A stretch of 64,000 nt of DNA from Chloroflexia bacterium (GCA_030431755.1 JAUIIK010000006.1:4061-68060), one strand, 5' to 3'; counted from the stretch's first letter, positions 27,065 to 37,172 are shown. Numbers and translations are program-made. The notes: a model not told the origin generated them from the letters alone.

Positions 27065-27730
27065 ATGACATTTCCCGCGCCGGAGGCCTTTCTGGCCTTT
27101 ACACTCGCTGGCTTGACGCTGTTACTCATTCCGGGTCCGGCGGTTCTCTACATCACAACGCTCGGTCTCCGCGAGGGGCGGCAACCAGCGGTGGGCGCAG
27201 CCGTCGGGCTGGGCGTCGGGAACTTCGTGCATGTCGTTGCGGCGACGCTCGGGATCTCGGCACTGCTGGTGTCTTCAGCGCTAGCCTTCTCGGTCGTCAA
27301 GTACGCCGGGGCCGCTTACCTGATCTACCTGGGTATCCAGGCGCTGCGTAAGCCTGTCACGGTGTCTGCGGACGTGACGCCCGAGCGGACCACGGCCCGG
27401 CGCGAGTTCCGGCGCGGGATCATCGTCAACACGTTCAACCCGAAGGTAGCGATCTTCTTTCTGGCGTTTGTCCCGCAGTTTATCGACCCAGGGCGTGGGG
27501 CGGTCGCCAGTCAGGTGTTTCTGCTCGGCGCGTGGTTCGTCGTCATCGGGATCGTCACCGACACGCTCTATGGCGTCACGGCGGGCGAGCTCGGCGCGTG
27601 GCTGAGGGCCCGCGAGGGTGTCCAGTGGTTCATCGCAAAGCTGAGCGGCGTGACCTACATTGCGCTCGGCGTCGTTGCCGCGGTCGCTTCCAGCGAACGG
27701 TCGAGCGCGGCTGCCCTCGGCCGCCGATGA
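27065..27730 (+). CDS. LysE/RhtB family amino-acid exporter
   Basis: AFTLAGLTLLLIPGPAVLYI..., six-TM pattern, NPKVAIFFLAFVPQF. Confidence 0.85.
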   Translation: MTFPAPEAFLAFTLAGLTLLLIPGPAVLYITTLGLREGRQPAVGAAVGLGVGNFVHVVAATLGISALLVSSALAFSVVKYAGAAYLIYLGIQALRKPVTVSADVTPERTTARREFRRGIIVNTFNPKVAIFFLAFVPQFIDPGRGAVASQVFLLGAWFVVIGIVTDTLYGVTAGELGAWLRAREGVQWFIAKLSGVTYIALGVVAAVASSERSSAAALGRR

Positions 27731-28275
27731 CCGACGCGCAGCTGCAACAGGCCAGCGGCTTGCTGGACCTCTTCAGCGATGCCGATCGGCTGCGCTTGAT
27801 TGGCCGTCTCGTTGAGGGCGACGCGACGCTGACTGAGCTGGCAGCTGAACTGCGGCTGAAGCCGCAAACCATCGCAAAGCATCTTCGGAGCCTGGAAGAA
27901 GCGGGACTGGTGCTGCGCACGCGGGAGACGGCGAGCGTCACGTTCGACATCCAACACCTGCGGCAGCTTGCCGCCAATCTGCGTCCCGAGCCGTCGAACG
28001 AGTTTGGCGACGAGGCGGACGATGACGCTCGTGTGCTTCGAAGCTTCGTCGTCGAGGGCCGGCTAACCCGGCTGCCGTCGCAGCGCAGCCGGTGGCTGCC
28101 GGTTCTGCGCTGGTTGGCGGAGGGGTTCGAGTCGGGTGTCGACTATCCAGAGCCTGAAGTCAACGAGCGACTCGGCGCTATCAACGAGGACTACGCGCTA
28201 CTGCGGCGCCAGCTCGTCGATGAGGGCCTCATGACCCGCGACCGTGGCGTCTACCGCCGCGTCGCCGGCTCATAG
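27727..28275 (+). CDS. ArsR-type HTH regulator fused to a DUF2087 domain
   Basis: ATGA overlap with the lysE-like gene. RLRLIGRLVEGDATLTELAAELRLKPQTIAKHLRSLEEAGLV, then GRLTRLPSQRSRWLPVLRWLAEGFE.GVDYPEPEVNERL. Confidence 0.75.
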   Translation: MTDAQLQQASGLLDLFSDADRLRLIGRLVEGDATLTELAAELRLKPQTIAKHLRSLEEAGLVLRTRETASVTFDIQHLRQLAANLRPEPSNEFGDEADDDARVLRSFVVEGRLTRLPSQRSRWLPVLRWLAEGFESGVDYPEPEVNERLGAINEDYALLRRQLVDEGLMTRDRGVYRRVAGS

Positions 28276-30780
28276 CCGAACGCGGCTCGGCGTCTGGGTC
28301 GAGCGGGCGATGGCGTTGAAGAACACGCGGTAGGTGCCGCGCGCCTGGGCGCGGAATTGCGCTCGGAAGCCGATCAGGATGACCCGGCCACGGCGCACCG
28401 GCACCTCGATCACCGCCGGTTTGCCCGCCAGCTTCTCCTCGCCGAGGATCCAGCCGCTCAGCCGCGGATTGTTCGCGGCATAGCGCGCCGCCACAACGCC
28501 GGCGTCGCTGCCGATCAGCTCGTAGACTGGGCTGCGGACAAAGGTCGCAACCTCGTCGCGCTGGAGCCCGAAGCCGAGCGGATGGTGGGTGTCGACGATC
28601 AGCCGCAGTAACGAGCCGGGACAATAGAACTCATCCCGCTTGGCCTTCTCAACCACATTGCGCACCGGCAGGTAGAGGTGGTCCTTGGCATAGTCGCCGG
28701 CCTGGTCGAGGGCGATGAGCGTGCCGCCCATCTCGACAAACTCCCGCAACGCTGCTGCGCCCACTTCGCCGAGTCCGCCGGTGAACTCCGGCGGATACTT
28801 CTCGTCGTACTTGTTCTTCTCAGGCAGCCCTTCATGGATGCTCTTGGGCGTTTGCTGCGGCAGGATGAGCGCGTCGTACTTGTCGTGCAGGTTGCCTTGT
28901 TTAACGTCGGCATCATGCAAGACCGAGTACTCAAAGCCGTACTGGTCGAGGATCCAGCGCACCCAGCCCTCGTCAATGTTCGCCTGCCAGGATGCGTAGA
29001 TGCCGACGCGCGGCAGCTGTTGCGTGAGCGTCGCGACGTCGATGTGGCCGTCGATTCCAACTGCGTCGATGCCGGTGGTTGCCGCGATCTCGGCGAGCAT
29101 CTGACGTGGATCTCCCCGCCGCAGAACGACGAACGACCCGGCCGGCATGTCGAATGCGTCAATGGTCTCAGCCGTGCGGTGCACGACGAAGCCCGCCTTG
29201 AGCAGGCGATTCATCGCGATGAACGACGCATTCGTCGCGCAGGAGACGAGATAGCCGTTGTGGCCGCTGCCGGCAACGCGGCCGCTGGGCAGCTCCGGGG
29301 TGATGACCTCAGTCTTAGCCTCGACCGGCCGCTTGACTTCGATGACCCGCACGCCCATCTGCAGGCCGAGCGTGTGGCCGGTAATGTCGTAGGGTGGCGC
29401 GGGCGGCCCGCCCGGATACTGGCGCAGATCCGGATAGGCCTGGACCTCGAGCAAAGTCTTGGCATAGCGGCCGGCCGGCTGGTTGACTCTGATGATGCGG
29501 GTTCCGGCAGGGTAGCGCACGTCATCGGCGGTGAACTCGGCGGTTGCCCGCTCGATCTCAACTGCGCCGAGATGCAGCGTCTCCAGCAGCTCGTGCGCCG
29601 TCACCGGGTCGCGCTGTTCTTCCGGGATGATGTAGGCGCGCGGACCCTTCTCCGTCGTGACGATGCGATTGTTGACGCGATAGTAGTTGCGCAGCCACTG
29701 ACGGCGATTGCGGGCCGCGTGTTCGAGAAAGGCGAGGGCCGCGACACCGTCGTACTCGACGATCTGCTCCAGCGTCCACTCGCCGCCCTCCCAGGGCATC
29801 GGGTGGTTCCAGGTGCGCGTGGCCGGATCGAAGCCGCGCTCCTTGCTGAACTCCTTCTTCTTCACCGCGACCGGGGTCGCGAGCTTGACGCTGGCCGCTT
29901 CCGAGAGCAAGTCGACGCTGCCGTGGTAGTTGCCGTAGGCCAGCGAGGGCGAGTAGTTGTCGAAGATGATGTTTGTGGCGACGCCGGCCAGGTCTTCCGC
30001 CGTCATCCGGGCGGCGATGTAGGTGCCCAGATCGGCGAAGCCCTGCTGGATGATCGGGTCCTGGTTGGGGTCGAGCGGGTCGATGAAGGGCGGGACCATG
30101 AAGCGCGCGCCATCGCGGTACATCTGGTGCATGTCGAAGACCATCTGCGGATGCTCGCGGTTGTGAAGCTCGACATAATGGCGCGTCTCCGGCTGGGTGA
30201 GCATGAACCAGTCACGGTTGTTATCGTGGCCGACGAACTCGTGGTAGAGCCAGGGCATCGGCTGGCCCTCGTACTCGCTGTCGAGCCAGCGCATGTACCA
30301 CTCGACCTCCATGTCGTGCCCGTCGGGGTTGTGGTTCGGGACGATGACGGTGACGACGTTTTCCAGGATCTCGAGTGTCTCCGGATCGTCCTTGGTCGCC
30401 AGCTCGTAGGCGAGCTCAAGGGACATCACGCAAGCGCCGATCTCGCTCGAGTGCTGTGAGCAGAGGAGGAAAGCCGTCACACGGCCCTCTTCGACCAGCT
30501 GCTCAACGTCGGCTGACGCAGTCTCGCGTGTGTCCCAGAGCTGTGCGAGCCTATCGCGCAGCTGGTCGCGGTCTGCGAGGTTTTCCGGCGCGCTGATGTG
30601 GACAGCAATGTACGGACGGCCCTGGGTCGATTCACCGAGAACCTCAAGCTCCACGCGGTCGGACGCGGCGGCCAGCCGTTCGTAGTAGGCGACGATCTCG
30701 CTCCAGGTCGGCAGGCGTCGCGCCGTGCCCATCCGGTACCCAAACTGATCCGCCGTCGTTGGTATGCCTTGCTCCGCCAT
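28270..30780 (-). CDS. M14 family zinc carboxypeptidase with C-terminal class-I glutamine-amidotransferase-like domain
   Basis: CSQHSSEIG...PNHNPDGH...GHDNNRDW (M14 motifs). The C-terminal third resembles a GATase1-like fold. The start could be ATG 30780 or GTG 30807. Confidence 0.8.
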   Translation of the reverse strand: MAEQGIPTTADQFGYRMGTARRLPTWSEIVAYYERLAAASDRVELEVLGESTQGRPYIAVHISAPENLADRDQLRDRLAQLWDTRETASADVEQLVEEGRVTAFLLCSQHSSEIGACVMSLELAYELATKDDPETLEILENVVTVIVPNHNPDGHDMEVEWYMRWLDSEYEGQPMPWLYHEFVGHDNNRDWFMLTQPETRHYVELHNREHPQMVFDMHQMYRDGARFMVPPFIDPLDPNQDPIIQQGFADLGTYIAARMTAEDLAGVATNIIFDNYSPSLAYGNYHGSVDLLSEAASVKLATPVAVKKKEFSKERGFDPATRTWNHPMPWEGGEWTLEQIVEYDGVAALAFLEHAARNRRQWLRNYYRVNNRIVTTEKGPRAYIIPEEQRDPVTAHELLETLHLGAVEIERATAEFTADDVRYPAGTRIIRVNQPAGRYAKTLLEVQAYPDLRQYPGGPPAPPYDITGHTLGLQMGVRVIEVKRPVEAKTEVITPELPSGRVAGSGHNGYLVSCATNASFIAMNRLLKAGFVVHRTAETIDAFDMPAGSFVVLRRGDPRQMLAEIAATTGIDAVGIDGHIDVATLTQQLPRVGIYASWQANIDEGWVRWILDQYGFEYSVLHDADVKQGNLHDKYDALILPQQTPKSIHEGLPEKNKYDEKYPPEFTGGLGEVGAAALREFVEMGGTLIALDQAGDYAKDHLYLPVRNVVEKAKRDEFYCPGSLLRLIVDTHHPLGFGLQRDEVATFVRSPVYELIGSDAGVVAARYAANNPRLSGWILGEEKLAGKPAVIEVPVRRGRVILIGFRAQFRAQARGTYRVFFNAIARSTQTPSRVRL

Positions 30781-30926
30781 CCAGCCGCACCCTGCTTCAC
30801 TGCCCACGTCCGTAACACCGCCGCGTAGTCTAACGCAGTGCCGGATAGTTCCGGTTGCCGCATGGCGTAGGCTTGAGTCGTAAATGACCGTTACGCGGTT
30901 ACCGCCAATGAAACAACAGGTGATGT

Positions 30927-31745
30927 GTGAGCAACGGAGTACTTACCGCGGGCGACATGCGCGCGCTTGATGAGCTGACGGAGACGATTCTGGCGAACGG
31001 TCCACTTGTGGCCTTTACCGGCGCTGGCATATCGACGGACTCGGGCATTCCCGACTATCGCGGCAAGAACGGCCTCTGGACGACCGGCTCGGCGCAACCG
31101 GTGACCTACGAAGAGTTCATGGAGGACGAGGAGCGCCGCCTGAGCTGGTGGCGCGAGCTGCCCGAGCGCCTGGAGAACCAGCGACAGGTCGAGCCCAACG
31201 ATGGCCACCGCGCGCTCGTCGAGCTTGAGAAGGCCGGCCTGCTCGGCGCGACGATCACCCAGAACATCGACGGGCTCCACCGCAACGCCGGAACCCATCC
31301 GGATCGGCTCGTCGAGCTGCACGGGAACTTGCAGACGATTCGCTGTACCGAGTGCGGCACGCTCTGGATGACGCGCGACTTCCTGGCGGAGTTTGGCGGC
31401 AGGACGACGCCTCCGCCATGTCCGGTCTGCGGGGGCATCGTCAAGAACGGGACGATTGCCTTCGGCCAGCCGATGCCGGTCGAGGAGCTGAAGCTGGCCT
31501 TTGCGATTGCCGAAGAGACGGGCGTGATGCTCGTCGTCGGTTCGACGCTGCTGGTCAACCCTGCCGCGCGCGTCCCGGCGATCGCTAAAGCCGCCGGCGC
31601 GACGCTCGCCATCGTCAATCTGGGTGAGACGGCACTGGATGCCTACGCCGATGTGCGGCTTGAGGCTCCTGCGGCGCCGGCTCTCGTCTACCTCGCCGCG
31701 CAGGTGCTCGAGCGCCACGAAGCGCCGGCGCGCGAGTCACGCTAG
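30927..31745 (+). CDS. cobB: NAD-dependent protein deacylase, Sir2 family
   Basis: GAGISTDSGIPDYRG, ITQNIDGLH, and a zinc ribbon CTECG...CPVCGG. GTG start. Confidence 0.9.
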   Translation: MSNGVLTAGDMRALDELTETILANGPLVAFTGAGISTDSGIPDYRGKNGLWTTGSAQPVTYEEFMEDEERRLSWWRELPERLENQRQVEPNDGHRALVELEKAGLLGATITQNIDGLHRNAGTHPDRLVELHGNLQTIRCTECGTLWMTRDFLAEFGGRTTPPPCPVCGGIVKNGTIAFGQPMPVEELKLAFAIAEETGVMLVVGSTLLVNPAARVPAIAKAAGATLAIVNLGETALDAYADVRLEAPAAPALVYLAAQVLERHEAPARESR

Positions 31746-33382
31746 CTCAACTTCAGAACGAGACGGTCACGGGGAATCGCCGAATTCTGCCCAGTCGCCG
31801 TGACGTCCGCCGGACGCGCTTGCCAGAGCTGAGTGTGAATTCCGATGTTGCTCATCTCGACCTGCCAGGCCGGGTCGTGTGACGGCGTGTAGGTCAGGCA
31901 GCGACGTTCGAAGCACTGCACAAGCACATCGACGTACTCGCCATTCTCCGGCACTGTGGCCCAGAAAGCCTCGGTGATCGGATGGCCGATCGCGAAGACC
32001 GGCGGATCGAAGAGCAACCCATCGACGATCTCACCATTCTCGACGACGGCGGCGGATTGCCAGAGATAATCCTCGAAGACGCTCGCCGTGGCCAGGCCGG
32101 TTGCGTCGGAGGGCTCACCGGCGACGACGCCGTAGGCCGCCATCGCGTCCCGCGCGACGAGTTGCCCGCCGGATGAGAGCCAACTGTCGATTGGCGTACC
32201 GGCATCCTGCGGCTGCCAACTAATCTCGGCCAGATCAGCGTAGTGGGGGCCGGTCGGGCGGATATCTCCAGCGACCGGTAATGTTGCGCCTTCTTCGATC
32301 AACGTCGCCGCCAAGCGCCCCGGCGTGATGTACCAGCCGCTGTTCATCTGCGAGTAGGGATGGTTGATCTCCATCGAACCCTTCTCATAGAGCCGCTCGT
32401 AGCGCGCGCCGGTCGTCGAATCGGTGGAGGCCAGCTGCGTCAGCTCAGTGAGCGGCGCGCCCCAGAGCCAGCTACGCTCTTCGACGCCCGCTGCCACCAG
32501 GCTGTCGGTGCGCTCCCAGAGGCCGTCGAAGTGCTGGGCGGCACGCTCCGGCGTGTCGGCCGGTCGCGGCATCGCGGCGCTGAAGTCCGCCAGGGCAATG
32601 GCGTCGTTGTACCAGTTGAGGTCAGAGCCCATCAGGACGATGATGACGTCGCGCCCGTCGATCCAGATGACCTCGATCAGGCAGCGACCGCAGTCATCGG
32701 TCCAGCCAGTCTTGCCGCCGGTGACGTCGTCCCGCAGGAACGTCAGCTGATTGCCCTGAACAAAGCTGTAGCCCTCGTCGCTGAACTCTTCCGCGCCGAA
32801 GATCTCGCGGAAGTCGGGCACTGTCAGCGCGTAGCGCGTGAGCGTCACGAGGTCGGCAGGTGTGCTGAAATGGCCCTCTTCGTCGAGCCCGTGGGGGTTG
32901 GTGAAGTGCGTGTCGTCCATGCCGAGCTCGGCGGCCTTCTCGTTCATCCAGGCGACGAACTGGGCGCGCGCGCCATCGTTCTCGAACGACGCGCTGCCGC
33001 CGACGGCACGGGCGATGGCCATTGCGGCGTCATTGCCGCTGGCCAGCAACAGGCCGTGCAGCAACGTTCTAAGCGTTGGTGTCGTGCCGACGAAGATACC
33101 GGCTGAGGACTCCGGCACCTTGTCACCTTGCGTAATCGTCACCGGCATGTCGAGGTTGCCGCGCTCCAGTGCGACGACCGCGGTCATTACCTTCGTGAGG
33201 CTGGCCATCGGCCGGCGGGTTGTCGCATCCTCAGCGCCGATGACCGCGCCGGTCGGGCCGTCGACGACGATCCACTGCTCGGCAACGACCTCCGGCGTCA
33301 GCGCCGTCGCCGGCGACCACTGGAGCAGCGGCATCAGCGCCGTGACCGTCAACAGGAGGACAATGGTTGTGCGCTTCAGCAT
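31742..33382 (-). CDS. D-alanyl-D-alanine carboxypeptidase (S11) with C-terminal extension
   Basis: Signal-like N-terminus MLKRTTIVLLLTVTALMPLL. Active-site motifs ASLTK and SGN. The ~270-aa C-terminal region carries two LGFP-like segments (WGAPLTE...YERLYEKGSMEI; IGHPITE...VQCFERRCLTY). Confidence 0.8.
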   Translation of the reverse strand: MLKRTTIVLLLTVTALMPLLQWSPATALTPEVVAEQWIVVDGPTGAVIGAEDATTRRPMASLTKVMTAVVALERGNLDMPVTITQGDKVPESSAGIFVGTTPTLRTLLHGLLLASGNDAAMAIARAVGGSASFENDGARAQFVAWMNEKAAELGMDDTHFTNPHGLDEEGHFSTPADLVTLTRYALTVPDFREIFGAEEFSDEGYSFVQGNQLTFLRDDVTGGKTGWTDDCGRCLIEVIWIDGRDVIIVLMGSDLNWYNDAIALADFSAAMPRPADTPERAAQHFDGLWERTDSLVAAGVEERSWLWGAPLTELTQLASTDSTTGARYERLYEKGSMEINHPYSQMNSGWYITPGRLAATLIEEGATLPVAGDIRPTGPHYADLAEISWQPQDAGTPIDSWLSSGGQLVARDAMAAYGVVAGEPSDATGLATASVFEDYLWQSAAVVENGEIVDGLLFDPPVFAIGHPITEAFWATVPENGEYVDVLVQCFERRCLTYTPSHDPAWQVEMSNIGIHTQLWQARPADVTATGQNSAIPRDRLVLKLS

Positions 33383-33473
33383 GGCGGGTTTCCCATCGAA
33401 TCGAAAGCGGCTACCATGATGATCGAAGTATACCGAAAGTGTACGTACACTCTCAGCAAGGCGAGCATAGACG

Positions 33474-34337
33474 ATGGCTGAAGTGGTCATACTCGGGTCG
33501 GCACAGGATGGCGGCGTGCCGCACGCCGGCTGTTTGTGCGCCCACTGCCGGGTGGCGCGGCGTGATCCTGCGGCGCGCCGGCGGCCCGCTTCACTGGGGG
33601 TGCGCGTTGGCGACGCATGGCTCATCATCGACGCGACCAGCGCATTCGAAGAGCAGCTGCACATGCTCTGGGGGCGGCGTCCGGCGAGCGCCGGTCACGA
33701 CGCAGAGCGCTACCGCCCGCCGGAGACAGTCATCATCAGCCATGCCCACACGGGCCACTACACCGGCCTCTGGCTGCTCGACAAATCGGTGCTGGCGGCG
33801 CAGTCCGTGAACGTGCTCGCGCCGCCGCTGACCGCCGCGCTTCTGAGCGCCAACGAACCCTGGTCCGCGATGATGCGCGATGGCTACATTGAGCTCGCTG
33901 CCCTGGAGTGGGAGCAGCCGCGCGAGCTGTTGCCGGGCGTCTCTATCAGCCCGATCGAGGTGCCACATCGCTCCGAGTGGCCGACCGACACCGCTGCGTT
34001 CCAGATCACCGGAGACGCCGCCAGCCTGCTCTATCTGCCGGACATCGACTTCTGGGATGAGTGGAAGCTCGATGTTGCCGAAGCCGTGGCCGGGGTGGAC
34101 ATAGCGATCCTCGACGGCAGCTTCTGGGATGCGCCGACGAGTCCCGACGTGCCGCACCCGCCGGTCCGCGAGACGATGGACCGGTTGCAAGCCATCGCGG
34201 ACGCTGGCGGATGCCGGATCATCTTCACTCACCTCAACCACTCGAATCCGTTGGTCGGCGACGGCACGCCGGAGCGTGCGGAGCTGGTGCGGCGCGGCTA
34301 TGAAGTCGCCTACGATGGCATGGTCATTGAGATTTAG
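33474..34337 (+). CDS. MBL-fold metallo-hydrolase, PqqB-like
   Basis: MAEVVILGSAQDGGVPHAGCLCAHC resembles the PqqB N-terminus. HAHTGHYTG motif. No other pqq genes nearby. Confidence 0.65.
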   Translation: MAEVVILGSAQDGGVPHAGCLCAHCRVARRDPAARRRPASLGVRVGDAWLIIDATSAFEEQLHMLWGRRPASAGHDAERYRPPETVIISHAHTGHYTGLWLLDKSVLAAQSVNVLAPPLTAALLSANEPWSAMMRDGYIELAALEWEQPRELLPGVSISPIEVPHRSEWPTDTAAFQITGDAASLLYLPDIDFWDEWKLDVAEAVAGVDIAILDGSFWDAPTSPDVPHPPVRETMDRLQAIADAGGCRIIFTHLNHSNPLVGDGTPERAELVRRGYEVAYDGMVIEI

Positions 34338-34346
34338 GGAGGGTCT

Positions 34347-35744
34347 GTGAGCGACGAAAGCATCTTCTACACGCCGGCAACGGAGTTGGTTGAGCGGTAT
34401 CGAACACGCGAGCTGTCGCCGGTCGAAGTGACCCAGGCGGTGCTCGACCGGATCGAGCGCCTGAATCCACCGCTCAATGCGTTCGTGACCGTGACGTCGG
34501 AACGGGCGCTGGCCGATGCCAGGCGGGCCGAGGAGGCCTATATCAATGGCGATCCGCCGCCATTGGCCGGAGTGCCTACGTCGATCAAGGATCTGGTGCC
34601 GACGAAGGGCATCCGAACGACGCGCGGCTCGTTGCTCGAGCCCAACTGGGTCCCAGATTTCGACCCGGTGTTCGTCCAGCGGCTCTATGACGCCGGGATC
34701 GTCATGCTCGGTAAGACCAATACACCCGAGGGTGGCTGGAAGGGTGAAACGACCAACCGCGTCGCCGGGACGACACGCAATCCCTGGAACCTCGACCGCA
34801 CGCCGGGCGGCTCGTCTGGCGGCGCGTCGGCTGCGGTAGCAGCCGGCCTCGGGCCATTGGCGCAGGGCGGCGATGGCGCAGGGTCGATCCGCATTCCGGC
34901 CGCCTTCTCCGGCATCTTCGGCCACAAGCCGTCGTTTGGCCGCGTGCCCTATCCTGGTAGCTCGCCGACGCAGGTCGCCCACACCGGTCCGATGACGCGC
35001 ACCGTCGCCGACGCGGCGCTGATGCTCGACGTCATGGCCGGCCCGGATCCGTCCGACCGCCACTCGCTTGCGAAAGCTCCGAGCTTGGTCGAGGACATTC
35101 AGGGCGGCATTGCTGGTCTGCGGGTCGCCTGGTCGCTGGATCTCGGCTACGCCGAAGTGGAGCCCGAGGTCGCGGAGTTGACCACGACGGCAGCGCGTCA
35201 GTTTGAAGCACTGGGTTGCCTTGTCGAGGAAGCCCATCCCGGCCTCGCCGATCCCTGGCCGATCATTGATGTGCTCTTTGCGATGGGGCAAGCCGGCGGT
35301 GTCGCCGACCGGCTCGACGAGGTGCGCCATTTGCTCGACCAGGGGCGGCTGCGCCAGATCGAACGGGCGTTGCAGTGGACTGTCGTCGACGTTCAGCAGG
35401 CGATGTCGGCGCGCGATGTCTACTGGGATGGTATGCGGGCGTTCTTCGAGGAATACGATCTCCTGCTCACGCCGACCGTGCCGCTCGCGCCATTCGCCGC
35501 CGGCACCGACTATCCCGAGACGATCAACGATGTCGAGATGTCCTACCTGAGCTGGACGCCCTTTACCTACCCGTTCAACCTGACCGGCCAGCCCTCGGCT
35601 TCTGTGCCCTGTGGCTTCACGAGTGACGGGCTCCCTGTTGGCTTGCAGATCACCGGCAAGTGGCGAGACGACGCGACCGTCCTCCGAGCCGCCGCGCGCT
35701 TCGAGGAAGTCATGCCCTGGGCTGACGCCACGCCTTCCATCTAG
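34347..35744 (+). CDS. Amidase (amidase-signature family), paralog 1
   Basis: GVPTSIKD...GGSSGGASAAVAAG...[19 protein letters not shown] start. Confidence 0.9.
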   Translation: MSDESIFYTPATELVERYRTRELSPVEVTQAVLDRIERLNPPLNAFVTVTSERALADARRAEEAYINGDPPPLAGVPTSIKDLVPTKGIRTTRGSLLEPNWVPDFDPVFVQRLYDAGIVMLGKTNTPEGGWKGETTNRVAGTTRNPWNLDRTPGGSSGGASAAVAAGLGPLAQGGDGAGSIRIPAAFSGIFGHKPSFGRVPYPGSSPTQVAHTGPMTRTVADAALMLDVMAGPDPSDRHSLAKAPSLVEDIQGGIAGLRVAWSLDLGYAEVEPEVAELTTTAARQFEALGCLVEEAHPGLADPWPIIDVLFAMGQAGGVADRLDEVRHLLDQGRLRQIERALQWTVVDVQQAMSARDVYWDGMRAFFEEYDLLLTPTVPLAPFAAGTDYPETINDVEMSYLSWTPFTYPFNLTGQPSASVPCGFTSDGLPVGLQITGKWRDDATVLRAAARFEEVMPWADATPSI

Positions 35745-35759
35745 TTCTGAGGAGACGCC

Positions 35760-37166
35760 ATGACCAGCCAGGATGCCTGGAAGCTTTCCGCGACTGAACT
35801 TGTTGCGCTGTATCGCGACCGGCAGCTCTCACCGGTCGAGGTTACCGAGCAGCTGCTTGCGCGGATCGAGGCCCACGATGGCACGCTCAATAGCTATGTC
35901 ACGCCCACGCCGGAGCGAGCGCTCGCTGATGCCCGACGGGCGGAGAAGGCATACGCGGATGGCGTAGCCGGTCCGGTCGCGGGTGTGCCCATCGCGATCA
36001 AGGACCTGACGCCGACGAAGGGCGTTCGCTCGACCTTCGGATCACTTCTGTACGAGTCGCACGTACCGGAAGAAGGCACACCGGATGTCGAGCGGCTCGA
36101 AGCGGCTGGGATGGTGTTGCTCGGTAAAACGACCACGCCCGAATTTGGCTGGAAAGGCGACTCCGGCAATCGCGTCAATGGGCCGGCGCGCAATCCCTGG
36201 AACACGGATCTGACGCCGGGCGGGTCAAGCGGCGGTTCGGGCGCGGCCGTGGCTGCCGGACTGGCGACGATGGCTTCAGGCAGCGATGGCGCGGGCTCGA
36301 TCAGGATTCCGTCTTCGTTTTGCGGTATCTATGGTCTTAAGCCGACAACGGGCCTGATCCCGCGCGTGCCGTCGAGCATGTCGGTCCACTCGCATATTGG
36401 CCCGATGACGCGCACGGTCCGCGATGCGGCGCTCTTTCTGACGCTCACCGCCGGTAGCGATTCACGCGATCGTTTCTCGTGGAACTCAGGCGTCGACTAC
36501 GTCGCCGAACTACAAGGGAACGTTGATCTCGCGGGCTTGCGCGTGGCCTGGTCGCCGGATCTGGGCTATGCCGAGGTGGACTCGGAGGTTGCCGAGGTCG
36601 CCGCCAGGGCGGTCAAAATCTTCGAGCAGCTCGGTTGCGAGGTCGTTGAGGCGCATCCGGAGTCGGCCGATCCCTGGCCGATTATCGAGGTCGTTTTTGC
36701 TATATCGCAGCTCTCGCGTCACGTCGACGATCTCGATGCGGTGCGCGATCAGCTGGATCCGGGGCGGGTCGAGCTGCTCGAACATGCGCGAGGTTTCTCG
36801 GCCGCTGACATCATGCGCGCGAACAACGAGTGGAACCGCTACTTCCATGTCTGGCGTGAGTTCATGGAGGATTTCGACATTGTCCTGACGCCGACGATGG
36901 CCTGCCCGCCGTTCGCGGCCGGCGCCCACAAGCCCGAGCTAGTGAACGGCAAGCCGACGACCTATCTGGGCTGGACCGGCTTCGCGTATCCCTTCAACCT
37001 GACCGGGCAGCCGGCGGCCTCCGTGCCGTGTGGCTTGACCTCCGCTGGCTTTCCGGTTGGCCTGCAGATCGTCGGGCGCTACCGGGATGATCTCACCGTG
37101 CTGCGTGCCTCGGCGGCGTTCGAGGCGGCTGCGCCCTGGCCACGCCTCGCGCCGGACTACTCCTGA
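35760..37166 (+). CDS. Amidase (amidase-signature family), paralog 2
   Basis: GVPIAIKD...[14 protein letters not shown]...[16 protein letters not shown]. Collinear with paralog 1. Confidence 0.9.
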   Translation: MTSQDAWKLSATELVALYRDRQLSPVEVTEQLLARIEAHDGTLNSYVTPTPERALADARRAEKAYADGVAGPVAGVPIAIKDLTPTKGVRSTFGSLLYESHVPEEGTPDVERLEAAGMVLLGKTTTPEFGWKGDSGNRVNGPARNPWNTDLTPGGSSGGSGAAVAAGLATMASGSDGAGSIRIPSSFCGIYGLKPTTGLIPRVPSSMSVHSHIGPMTRTVRDAALFLTLTAGSDSRDRFSWNSGVDYVAELQGNVDLAGLRVAWSPDLGYAEVDSEVAEVAARAVKIFEQLGCEVVEAHPESADPWPIIEVVFAISQLSRHVDDLDAVRDQLDPGRVELLEHARGFSAADIMRANNEWNRYFHVWREFMEDFDIVLTPTMACPPFAAGAHKPELVNGKPTTYLGWTGFAYPFNLTGQPAASVPCGLTSAGFPVGLQIVGRYRDDLTVLRASAAFEAAAPWPRLAPDYS

Positions 37167-37172
37167 ACGCAA

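Noticed and set aside
28678-30459. 593-aa ORF on the plus strand
   Set aside because: It is antisense to the M14 carboxypeptidase gene, has no motifs, and shows a high-GC artefact composition. The same reasoning applies to 56155..57132 (antisense to eno), 12871..13860, 47339..48196, 59489..60403, 62443..63051, 30891..31718 and 32360..33106.
30927-31745. Sir2-domain protein as a possible anti-phage defence component (Thoeris/DSR/SIR2-HerA-like)
   Set aside because: It is a compact 272-aa sirtuin with the standard Zn-ribbon (CTECG...CPVCGG) and NAD motifs. It has no fused effector or sensor domain and no partner genes. It is consistent with the housekeeping CobB deacylase.
33474-34337. PqqB-like gene as evidence for a PQQ biosynthesis cluster
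   Set aside because: No pqqA peptide gene and no pqqC/D/E genes are adjacent. The neighbours are amidases, so it is treated as a generic MBL hydrolase.
33591-35330. 579-aa ORF on the minus strand
   Set aside because: It lies entirely antisense to the PqqB-like MBL gene and amidase 1, which both have clear family motifs. Its product is Arg/Gly/Ala/Pro-rich low-complexity sequence typical of antisense frames in high-GC DNA.
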